IMG/VR virus record: IMGVR_UViG_3300022902_000006
Source: a virus
Strand: one strand, 5' to 3'
DNA: 64,000 bases
Part shown: positions 8,889 to 17,148 of the stretch, piece by piece
Layout: the number at the start of each line of letters is the position of its first letter
How positions within the stretch are numbered: the first letter of the stretch is position 1
The notes under the pieces: model-generated
Told to the model about the DNA's origin: nothing
The model's input: only the letters and a program-made list of their open reading frames with translations
Database searches by the model: none
Translations under genes and position numbers: made by a program

Positions 8889-11800
8889 ATGGCACTGACA
8901 CCCGTACTCATTGATGCAAACACCAAGCGCGCCCAGATCCATAAGCGCGCGATTGAAGGTGTGCAAAATGTCTTCCCGTTCGTAGCAGGGGACGAGCACA
9001 CCTTCGACGTCGAGAACCTCAATGTGGACGAGCGGACCTACTCCTCTCGTCAACAGAAGGACGCGATGATGCGTGGCCGCACACTGCAAGAACCTCTGCG
9101 CGGTGACATCGTAATTCGCAACAAAAAAGGCAAGGTCGTCGATCGACAAAAGAACGCGGTCCTCGCTCAGCTCCCATTCTTCACCCCCCGGCATACCTTC
9201 ATCGTGGATGGCAACGAGTACAGCGTACCCCACCAGAAGCGCATCCGCCCCGGCGTTTATACCCGTGTACGTGGCAACGATGAACTGGAGGCCGCATTCA
9301 ACCTGGGCAAAGGAGAGAACTTCCGCGTACACATGAACCCTGAAAAGGGGCACCTCTTCATGCAGTACGGCTCAACGAACATCCCCCTGTATCCGGTGTT
9401 GAAGCGCCTCGGCGTACCCACCAGCCAGTTACAGCGCGCCTGGGGCAAAGGTGTCGTTGACGTAAACCGTGATGCCTTCGCCGCAAAAGATGTAGCGGCA
9501 GTTGACAAACTGTACGCTCGTCTCACCCCTGAGCACAGACTCGCTGACGCCCAAACCACAGAGGAGCGTATTGCCTCCATCCGTGAAAGCTACGAACACA
9601 CCTCCCTGGAGCCAGAAGTTACGCAGCGCACCCTGGGAAAAGCGTATGACCGTGTGACCCCCAACGTTCTCGTGGACGCATCCAAGAAACTCCTTGACGT
9701 CCACCGCAAAGGCATCGACGTCGATGACCGCGACAACCTGGCGGTCCAAACACTACACGGGGTGGACGACTTTATCCGGGAGCGCATCGAACTGGAAGGG
9801 AGAAACCTCACTCGCAAGGTGCGCATGAAGGCCCGAGGATCAGCGGCACCCAGAGTGGCGGAAGTCGTGCCCCCCTCCCCCTTTACGCGGTCTGTCCGAA
9901 ACTTCGTAACCACGTCGTCCCTGGCCTCCATCGGCGCCCAGATTAACCCCATCGAAATGATTGACAGCGCCATGCGTGTCACCTCCCTCGGGGAAGGGGG
10001 TATCGGATCAGAGCGCGCAGTGCCCGATGAAGCCCGGCGCCTGCACCACACGCACTTCGGTGTACTCGACCCAGCACGCACCCCTGAATCCTTCCGAGCG
10101 GGCATTGACCTCCGTGCTGCGCTTTGGACAAGCAAAGACGAGAAGGGGCGCATCCATACCAAGATGCACGACGTACGTAAGGGTAAGCTCCGCGACGTCC
10201 CTGTTGACACCCTCGAAGGATCAACCATCGCATTTCATGGGGAAGGGAAGAAAAGGTACGGCGTCTCCGCCATGCGCAAAGGGGAACTAGTCTCTGTCCC
10301 TCGCAGCCAGGTGGACTACGCAGTCCCGCACGCCAACTTCCTCTACAGCCCGGCGACGACGTTGGTACCTTTCATCGAATCCTCACAAGGCAACCGCGTC
10401 CTCATGGGTGGCAAAATGGCGACCCAGGCACTGCCCCTGCTTGAGCGGGAGGAGCCTTACATCCAGGCAGAATCGTACAATCAAGGCCGCACCATGGAGC
10501 AGGAGATGGCCCAGCTCGTGGTGCCCACATCCCCCGTCAACGGGGAGGTGGCCAAGGTAGACCAAGACTACATCTACATCCGCCCTAACGGCACGAAGAC
10601 GGGCAGTTCCGAACTGGAACTCGCACCCATCGAGCACGCCTGGACTGCGAAGGAAGGATCCGAGTGTTGTGATGTTTGCTCCAGCTCCGCCACGACTCGG
10701 GTATTGTGGGCAGAGGGCCACGGATACATCCCCGCGTGTGAGAAACACAAGGAAGAGATTGCTGAGTCGAAGGGGGACGACTTCTCTGGCTTCAAACCCT
10801 TTCCCCACGACAAGCAAGCGTCTGGTGCGACGCTCGTCCGCGTACCTTACGACACCGACTACCCACTGTCTTCCAAGACGCGGCTACACAACACCGTGAC
10901 CGTCAAGAAGGGGGATAAGGTGCGGACCAACCAACACCTGGCGGAGTCCAACTTCACGCGCAATGGGCGCATGGCACTGGGCCGCAACATGAACGTAGGC
11001 TACCTCGCGTACTACGGACTGAACACCAACGACGCCGTGGTGGTCTCTGAAACCGCCGCACAGAAGCTCACCAGCGAACACATGTACAAAGAAGCGCTGG
11101 CCCTCGACACCGACATCACGCTGAACAAGAAAAAGCACCGGATGATCTACGGGACACGCTGGACCGCAGCGCAGTACGATAACCTGGACAACCAAGGCAT
11201 CGCAAAACCAGGTGCCACCGTACACCCGGGTGACCCCATCATCCTGGCCCTTCGCAAGGCCGCGCCCTCTCCCGAGCAACAGATGTTGGGGCGTCTCCAC
11301 AAGACACTGGCCACCCCCTTCCGCGAGCAAGCGGTAACCTGGGACCACAAGTCTCCAGGCACCATCGCCGAGGTGGTTGCAACCGGGACTCGCATCCTGG
11401 TCACGGTCAAGACCAACGAGCCCGCATCCATCGGTGATAAGCTCGCGGGGCGCTACGGTAATAAGGGTGTCATCTCCCACATCCTCCCCGATGACGTAAT
11501 GGTGCAGACCCCAGACGGGAAGCCTCTGGACATCCTGATGCCCCCAACAGGGGTCAACAGCCGCGTCAACCCTGCCCAAGTGTTGGAGACGGCGCTCGCC
11601 AAGGTGGCGCGCAAAACAGGGGAACCCATCGCTGTAGGTCCGTCCTCACAAAACAACGTCACGATGGTGCGCGCCGCACTCAAGAAGCACGGACTCACTG
11701 ACAAAGAGGTGCTGTTCAACCCCCGCACTGGGAAACATATCAAGGGGCCAGATGGCCGAGGTGTCATGGTTGGGCCGCAGTACACCTACAAGCTGGCCAA

Positions 11801-13472
11801 GTCTACCGACACCAACTACTCCGCTCGTGGCATAGATAGTTACGACGTAAATCAGCAGCCATCCAAGGGTGGATCCGACGGTGCCAAGGCTCTGGGGCGC
11901 ATGGAGATGAACGCCCTGTTGAGCCACAACGCTCGCAACGTGGTCAAGGAATCCGCCACTGTCAAGAGCAGCCACAACGACGAGTTCTGGCGCGCGTACC
12001 AGCTCGGACAACCCCTCCCTGCTCTCCAGGAGCCGTTCGTCGCAAAGAAGTTCACTGCTATGCTGCAGGGGGCAGGCATCCGTGTGGACAAGGGAGATGA
12101 ACAAGTAACTCTCGGGCCGCTGACCGACCCTGACATCACACGCCTCTCGTCGGGCCGCGTCGAAAAGCCCACCATGCTGCGCGAGCGTGACCTCGCACCC
12201 GAGAAGGGGGGCTTGTTTGACCCCGTCGTAACTGGGGGTTCTCAAGGGGAACGCTGGTCTCACATCAACCTATCCGAACCCATCGTCAACCCCTCCTTCG
12301 CTGACCCTGTACGTCGGATGTTGGGAATGACGGTCAAGCAGTATCGCGCCACGATTGGTACGGAGGGCGGGCGTGGCATCCAGTCCCGTCTCGCAGGTCT
12401 CAACATGCGCCAGCGAGAACAGGACCTCATCGCTACCACGCGCACTGCGACAGGAGCCAACCTCGACAACGCAGTGAAGCAGCTCAAGGCTGTGCGTGCC
12501 CTACGCAAAGAAGGGCTCACCCCCGACAAAGCCTACGTCTTGTCCAAGGTTCCCGTGGTGCCCCCGACCGTGCGCCCCATCCTCCCCTCACGCGGTGGGC
12601 GTGACATGCTCATCGCTGACGCCAACTACCTGTACCGCGACACCATGTTGGCGAACGACGCTCTCCGCGACGCCAAGAAGGTACTTCCTGATGAAGCCAT
12701 CGGTGACGCCCGCCGCCACCTACACGATGCGGTGGGTGCGACCTTCGGCCTCAACGACCCCGTGAGCCCATCCATCAAGGCCAGGGGCGCGAAGGGCTTC
12801 ATTACCACCATCGCCGGACAGGGGAGCCCGAAGCGAGGCTTCTTCCACTCTCGTGTCATGTACCGCCCCCAGGACTTGTCGGGACGCGGGACCGTTGCTC
12901 CAGACCTCACCCTCAACATGGATGAGATCGGTGTGCCAGAAGAGATGCTGTGGACCACCTACGGCCCCCACATCGTCAGACGCCTGGTACAGAATGGGTA
13001 CCCCGCGATGCAGGCCAAGGAGATGATCGAACAACGACACCCTTCTGCCAAGAACGCACTCGATGCAGAAATCAAGGAGCGCCCTGTCTTCGTGAACCGC
13101 GCACCCACGCTACACCGCCACGGCATGATCGGCGCGTACCCCATCCCCGTTCCAGGCAAAACCATCCGTGTGAACCCCTTCATGGAAAAGGGCATGAACA
13201 TGGACTACGACGGCGACACCCTCCAGCTCCATGTCCCGGTGCTGCATGAAGCAGTACAAGAAGTGAAGGGCATGACGCTGTCCAATCTCCTGTTCGGAGA
13301 CCGCACCAAGTCCGACCTGTTGATCTTCCCCCAGCACGAGGCTGTGCTCGGAATCCACATGGGCACGCAGCCGGGGAAGGGTCGCGCCAAGAAGTTCAAG
13401 AGCCCCGGCGAAGCCATCAAGGCGTTCAATAAGGGGGACCTGGACTTGATGGACTCGGTACTGATCGACTAG
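8889..13472 (+). CDS. rpoBC: multisubunit DNA-directed RNA polymerase: beta fused to N-terminal half of beta' (probable virion RNAP)
   Basis: beta motifs FIVDGNE, HFGVLDPARTPES, GNRVLMGGKM, GDKLAGRYGNKGV, GRMEMNAL; then beta' motifs GGLFDP, VPVVPPTVRP, LSGRGTV, NRAPTLHR and catalytic NMDYDGD. Start taken at MALTP (8889). Confidence 0.93.
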   Translation: MALTPVLIDANTKRAQIHKRAIEGVQNVFPFVAGDEHTFDVENLNVDERTYSSRQQKDAMMRGRTLQEPLRGDIVIRNKKGKVVDRQKNAVLAQLPFFTPRHTFIVDGNEYSVPHQKRIRPGVYTRVRGNDELEAAFNLGKGENFRVHMNPEKGHLFMQYGSTNIPLYPVLKRLGVPTSQLQRAWGKGVVDVNRDAFAAKDVAAVDKLYARLTPEHRLADAQTTEERIASIRESYEHTSLEPEVTQRTLGKAYDRVTPNVLVDASKKLLDVHRKGIDVDDRDNLAVQTLHGVDDFIRERIELEGRNLTRKVRMKARGSAAPRVAEVVPPSPFTRSVRNFVTTSSLASIGAQINPIEMIDSAMRVTSLGEGGIGSERAVPDEARRLHHTHFGVLDPARTPESFRAGIDLRAALWTSKDEKGRIHTKMHDVRKGKLRDVPVDTLEGSTIAFHGEGKKRYGVSAMRKGELVSVPRSQVDYAVPHANFLYSPATTLVPFIESSQGNRVLMGGKMATQALPLLEREEPYIQAESYNQGRTMEQEMAQLVVPTSPVNGEVAKVDQDYIYIRPNGTKTGSSELELAPIEHAWTAKEGSECCDVCSSSATTRVLWAEGHGYIPACEKHKEEIAESKGDDFSGFKPFPHDKQASGATLVRVPYDTDYPLSSKTRLHNTVTVKKGDKVRTNQHLAESNFTRNGRMALGRNMNVGYLAYYGLNTNDAVVVSETAAQKLTSEHMYKEALALDTDITLNKKKHRMIYGTRWTAAQYDNLDNQGIAKPGATVHPGDPIILALRKAAPSPEQQMLGRLHKTLATPFREQAVTWDHKSPGTIAEVVATGTRILVTVKTNEPASIGDKLAGRYGNKGVISHILPDDVMVQTPDGKPLDILMPPTGVNSRVNPAQVLETALAKVARKTGEPIAVGPSSQNNVTMVRAALKKHGLTDKEVLFNPRTGKHIKGPDGRGVMVGPQYTYKLAKSTDTNYSARGIDSYDVNQQPSKGGSDGAKALGRMEMNALLSHNARNVVKESATVKSSHNDEFWRAYQLGQPLPALQEPFVAKKFTAMLQGAGIRVDKGDEQVTLGPLTDPDITRLSSGRVEKPTMLRERDLAPEKGGLFDPVVTGGSQGERWSHINLSEPIVNPSFADPVRRMLGMTVKQYRATIGTEGGRGIQSRLAGLNMRQREQDLIATTRTATGANLDNAVKQLKAVRALRKEGLTPDKAYVLSKVPVVPPTVRPILPSRGGRDMLIADANYLYRDTMLANDALRDAKKVLPDEAIGDARRHLHDAVGATFGLNDPVSPSIKARGAKGFITTIAGQGSPKRGFFHSRVMYRPQDLSGRGTVAPDLTLNMDEIGVPEEMLWTTYGPHIVRRLVQNGYPAMQAKEMIEQRHPSAKNALDAEIKERPVFVNRAPTLHRHGMIGAYPIPVPGKTIRVNPFMEKGMNMDYDGDTLQLHVPVLHEAVQEVKGMTLSNLLFGDRTKSDLLIFPQHEAVLGIHMGTQPGKGRAKKFKSPGEAIKAFNKGDLDLMDSVLID

Positions 13473-13501
13473 GATGTAACCACACTGCTGGAGACACCCC
13501 C

Positions 13502-14002
13502 GTGAAAACTGCACAAGCCCTTGGCGTACGCGCTGCACTAATGAAGCTCGGCGCAGACCTACCCACCAATCAACGCGAGAACGCGTACCAACACTCCGAC
13601 AACTTTCTGGGCATGTCCGGCGAGTTCCTGCCCAAGGTGACCGGGACCATCGGGGGCGCGAGCGCGGGCGCTGCGGTAGGGGCTGGCCTGGGTGGTGGTG
13701 CTGGGATACTCGCCAGCCTCCTCAGTCGTGGGCGAATTCCAGGTGCTGCCGCTGGCGCTGGTGCCTTGCTCGGCGGCGCAGCGGGAACGGGCCTGGGTGC
13801 CATGTCCGGGTACCAAACGGGCAAGAATGAGGGGCGTGCCAACCGTTACATGGCCGAACGCGGCCTACACCGAGAGCGTGGGTTGGAGCGGCACGACAGG
13901 CTCCACGAGCTGCGAAATAAACACCCCGCGTTCAACACGAAGTTTCGCCAGATTATGTTGGGTGGGTCCACCCCAGCACCCGCCTCCCCTCCTACACCGT
14001 AG
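13502..14002 (+). CDS. glycine-zipper head-associated protein
   Basis: KTA..LG..AL.KLG leader; GxxxG repeats (GGASAGAAVGAGLGGG...). Confidence 0.7.
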   Translation: MKTAQALGVRAALMKLGADLPTNQRENAYQHSDNFLGMSGEFLPKVTGTIGGASAGAAVGAGLGGGAGILASLLSRGRIPGAAAGAGALLGGAAGTGLGAMSGYQTGKNEGRANRYMAERGLHRERGLERHDRLHELRNKHPAFNTKFRQIMLGGSTPAPASPPTP

Positions 14003-14009
14003 AGCACGG

Positions 14010-14038
14010 TTGAATAAAAGAATTCGCAGACCTATACT
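14010..14038 (+). promoter_or_regulatory. sigma70-like promoter TTGAAT-N17-TATACT
   Basis: Exact 17-nt spacer, GACC before the -10 box, intergenic. Confidence 0.65.
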
Positions 14039-14066
14039 TGCTTCGTAAAGTTTCCCGGAGAAATGT

Positions 14067-14501
14067 ATGTCCCATATCGACACTGCGTATCATCTCGGCG
14101 CTCTTGCTGCCCAGGAAAAAATTGCGGAGGAAGAGAAGAAGGGCTTCACGCTAATTGAAGCGCTGATCCTCGCGGGGGGTATCGGAGTTCCCGCCGCATA
14201 CATGGGGAATCGGGCAGCAACCGCAGACCGCGAACCCGTTTCAATGGGGCGGCGCGCTCTGAGAGGAGCGGCCACGGGCACCGCTGGTGTACTCGGCGGA
14301 GCGTTCGGCGGGGGCATGGGTGCCTGGGCCGGGTCCCATCTCCCTGGACGCCTCCAAGCGCCCGGAGCCATGCTCGGTGGTCTCGCAGGTGCCATCGGCG
14401 GGGGCTACATAGGGGGACACACCGCTGGAGACCAGCTAACTCCTGGTGCTGCACCCAAACCACCAGCACCACCACAACCAACACCACCACAAGGAACCTA
14501 A
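14067..14501 (+). CDS. glycine-zipper protein with embedded type IV prepilin-like motif (KKG/FTLIE)
   Basis: Leader TAYHLGALAAQEKIA, then KKGFTLIEALILAGG, then GxxxG repeats. Confidence 0.7.
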   Translation: MSHIDTAYHLGALAAQEKIAEEEKKGFTLIEALILAGGIGVPAAYMGNRAATADREPVSMGRRALRGAATGTAGVLGGAFGGGMGAWAGSHLPGRLQAPGAMLGGLAGAIGGGYIGGHTAGDQLTPGAAPKPPAPPQPTPPQGT

Positions 14502-14504
14502 GCC

Positions 14505-14957
14505 ATGTCCCATCTTGATACCGCATACCGTCTCGGTGCCCTTGTGGCCCAAGAGAAGTTCGCAGCAGAAGAGCAAGCTGCACTCGAACAAGCACAAGGT
14601 ACCCCGCCCCAGGAAGATCCGAGCATGCTCGCCCAGATCTCTCAGCTCGCCCAGACCCCCGAAGGTATGGGCGGCGCGGCGGGCGGCGTGGGCGGCGCAG
14701 CAGCAGCGGGTAGCGCGGCGGGTCTCGGCCTGCGCGGCAGCAGCATGAGCCCCAAGGCGAAGGCTGCGCTGATCGTCGCCAGCGTTCTGGGTGGTGGAGC
14801 AGCAGGCGGTGTGGGAGGCGCAGCAGCAGGTAACGCCCTCGCCCCTCCGCCCCCAGCACCGCCCGCACCCCCGACACCCGCGCCTGAGCCAAGCGCCATC
14901 GAGAAGCTCAAGGGCATGTTCGGCGGCGGCACACCGGCAGCAGCACCACCCCAGTAG
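14505..14957 (+). CDS. glycine-zipper protein, leader paralogous to 14067..14501
   Basis: MSHLDTAYRLGALVAQEKFA vs MSHIDTAYHLGALAAQEKIA; Gly/Ala hairpin; Pro-rich tail. Confidence 0.7.
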   Translation: MSHLDTAYRLGALVAQEKFAAEEQAALEQAQGTPPQEDPSMLAQISQLAQTPEGMGGAAGGVGGAAAAGSAAGLGLRGSSMSPKAKAALIVASVLGGGAAGGVGGAAAGNALAPPPPAPPAPPTPAPEPSAIEKLKGMFGGGTPAAAPPQ

Positions 14958-14974
14958 TCCCCGCACCTGATGCG

Positions 14975-16093
14975 ATGGCCAGATATGACGAGCACGTACA
15001 AGAGAAACTGCGTGAGGTCCTAGCGGCCTACGCCCCCGGTATCCCTGCTCGTCGCACCTCCGCACTCCCCACCATCACCCAGAACACCACCAACCGTTGG
15101 GTCATGGCCATCCAGAACCACAAGGCGCAACGCGCCGGTAAGCACCACGACCTGCGCCTCGTTGACCCCGACGCAGGCAAGGCGCACTCCTGGGCCATCC
15201 CCAAGTCACGCATGCCAGCCCCGGGAGAGCGCCTCCTCGCTGTACAAACCCACACGCACACACCGCAATATGCGTTGCACGGCAAAGGGGAAGGCGTAAC
15301 CCTTGCTCGCAAGGAGCCAGTGAGTGTACTGGAGTCGTCTCCCGATAAACTGCGCTTTCAGCTTGAGGATGACGCTGTGAGTGAGTTCCTTTTACGGCGT
15401 AAATCCAAGGACAAGTGGCTCCTCATGAACACGACGAAGACGAGCGCCGTGCTCGGCCAGACCCACGCACTTCGCAGCCTGGGGCTCCTAGAAAAGGACG
15501 CCGCCTGGGGCGCAGCAGCAATGAAGGGGCTGGGCGCTGCGTGGAACTGGGGCAGTAAGATGTTGGGACGCGTTGGAGGTGGAGGAGCATCCAAGAGCAC
15601 CGCACTCGTCCCCCGCACTCCCGGTATGCCCCCTATGCCAGGACCAGCAGGTCCAGGACTAGGACAGAGATTTATGTCCTGGGCAGGGGCCAGTCCCGTG
15701 AATGCCTACGCCGCACAGGGTGGTATGGGCGCAGGCATCGGTGGCGTTGCTGGTGCTGCGTCCGCAGACCCCGGTAACCGCATGGGTGGGTTCATGCGCG
15801 GAGCAGTAGGAGGTGCTGCGCTGGGCCTGGGAGGCGCGCACTTCGGAGGCAAGGCAGGACTAAACTACGCGGCGGGCAAGGGATTCAACCTGAACCAAAC
15901 GCAGGGTGCCGTCGGTGCCATGGGGCTCGGTGGGCTCAGCGCAGGTGGACTCGCCGGGGGCATCGCCGGGGGTGCAGGTTTCGGAGGTGCGCCGCCACCA
16001 CCCGCTCCACCCATGAACCCAACGAACCGTAGCCCGTGGGGTGGGCAACAAAACGCCGGTGGTATGAGTGGCACGTTTCCTGGCAAGCCCTGA
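14975..16093 (+). CDS. LigD-type 3'-phosphoesterase (PE) domain fused to glycine-zipper region
   Basis: AIQNH..R..HHDLRL..SWAIPK..GERLLAVQTHTH...Y matches the LigD PE signature; C-half is GxxxG-rich after LGLLEKDA. Confidence 0.8.
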   Translation: MARYDEHVQEKLREVLAAYAPGIPARRTSALPTITQNTTNRWVMAIQNHKAQRAGKHHDLRLVDPDAGKAHSWAIPKSRMPAPGERLLAVQTHTHTPQYALHGKGEGVTLARKEPVSVLESSPDKLRFQLEDDAVSEFLLRRKSKDKWLLMNTTKTSAVLGQTHALRSLGLLEKDAAWGAAAMKGLGAAWNWGSKMLGRVGGGGASKSTALVPRTPGMPPMPGPAGPGLGQRFMSWAGASPVNAYAAQGGMGAGIGGVAGAASADPGNRMGGFMRGAVGGAALGLGGAHFGGKAGLNYAAGKGFNLNQTQGAVGAMGLGGLSAGGLAGGIAGGAGFGGAPPPPAPPMNPTNRSPWGGQQNAGGMSGTFPGKP

Positions 16094-16099
16094 TGACAC

Positions 16100-16128
16100 T
16101 TGCACAAACAAAAACAGCCTTCTATCAT
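16100..16128 (+). promoter_or_regulatory. sigma70-like promoter TTGCAC-N17-TATCAT
   Basis: Intergenic, 17-nt spacer. Confidence 0.55.
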
Positions 16129-16178
16129 GCGGGTAGACAGTCTGCTCTGCATGCAATAGGGATTACAGGAGAACGACA

Positions 16179-16850
16179 ATGAGATATTACGCACTCCGCG
16201 CCGCAGCTTTCTGCATCTGGGTTGCTGTTACCGGACTCACCATCGGCGCACCCCTGGTTTCCATCGCGGCTGACGCTCAACCCACTGCTGCGGTAGGCGA
16301 CGCCGCAGTTCCCGCCGCCCCGGCTGTGCCTGTTGATGCTATGGTTACCGCCGCGCCCGTGGCTCCTGTGGCTCCCGTCCCCACCGTTGAGGCGCCCGCC
16401 GCCCCGAAAGAGCAAGCCTGGTGGCAAGCCGCTCTCCTCCCGATCCTCAGCGCTCTGGGCCTGGGCATCGCTGCGTTCATTGGTGCGGGTCTACGCAAGC
16501 TCACCCAGCTCATGGAAGCCAAGTGGAAGATCGACATCCCCGATCGGATGGTGGATATGCTTATCAAAGAGGCAAAACACCTTGCGGCCTGGGCTGAGGA
16601 GGTCGCTGAGGATCGCCTCCTGAATGGGGACGGCGTGAAGACCCCGGGCGCTGAGAAGTTCTCCGGTGTCGTGGATGGTCTGGAGACCTTCGCCAAGGCC
16701 CGGGGCTGGGACAAGGAATGGCGTCGTGCACAGCTTGAGAAGCTGGCCACGAGCGTCGTGCACCTGGAGCGCAGCGGTGATACCGGCGTGGGCACCACGA
16801 ACGGCGACCGGAAGAAGGCCCTGGACGCGGCCAAGAGCGCTGCCGCATAG
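16179..16850 (+). CDS. membrane protein, LL-H-type holin-like
   Basis: N-terminal hydrophobic helix, Pro/Ala linker, second TM (WWQAALLPILSALGLGIAAFIG), then A..AEE...GAEK...V pattern resembling LL-H holins. Confidence 0.45.
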   Translation: MRYYALRAAAFCIWVAVTGLTIGAPLVSIAADAQPTAAVGDAAVPAAPAVPVDAMVTAAPVAPVAPVPTVEAPAAPKEQAWWQAALLPILSALGLGIAAFIGAGLRKLTQLMEAKWKIDIPDRMVDMLIKEAKHLAAWAEEVAEDRLLNGDGVKTPGAEKFSGVVDGLETFAKARGWDKEWRRAQLEKLATSVVHLERSGDTGVGTTNGDRKKALDAAKSAAA

Positions 16851-16852
16851 AT

Positions 16853-17146
16853 ATGGCGAGCACCGCATACAAACTGGGGTCTGACCAGGCGCTCCACTCT
16901 CTGGGGATCATCAAGGTGAGTGGGGACACCCTCGACCGTGTTCCCTTCCCCAACAGAGACTCCAACATCACAGCGGAGCGCCTGGCAAAAGTGCTGCAAC
17001 AAGATGAAACCCCACGCGTGGAGATCAGCCCCGACAACCAGAAGTTCGATCGCTGGTCACGGCCCGTTGTGTGGAGCGCGTCCCACCGAATAAGCGATGA
17101 GCTGCCCAACCCCGGGCTGTACACACCACACAGCACACGAGCCTAA
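16853..17146 (+). CDS. small head-associated protein with shared leader
   Basis: TAYKLGSDQALHSLGIIKVS leader. Confidence 0.65.
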   Translation: MASTAYKLGSDQALHSLGIIKVSGDTLDRVPFPNRDSNITAERLAKVLQQDETPRVEISPDNQKFDRWSRPVVWSASHRISDELPNPGLYTPHSTRA

Positions 17147-17148
17147 CT

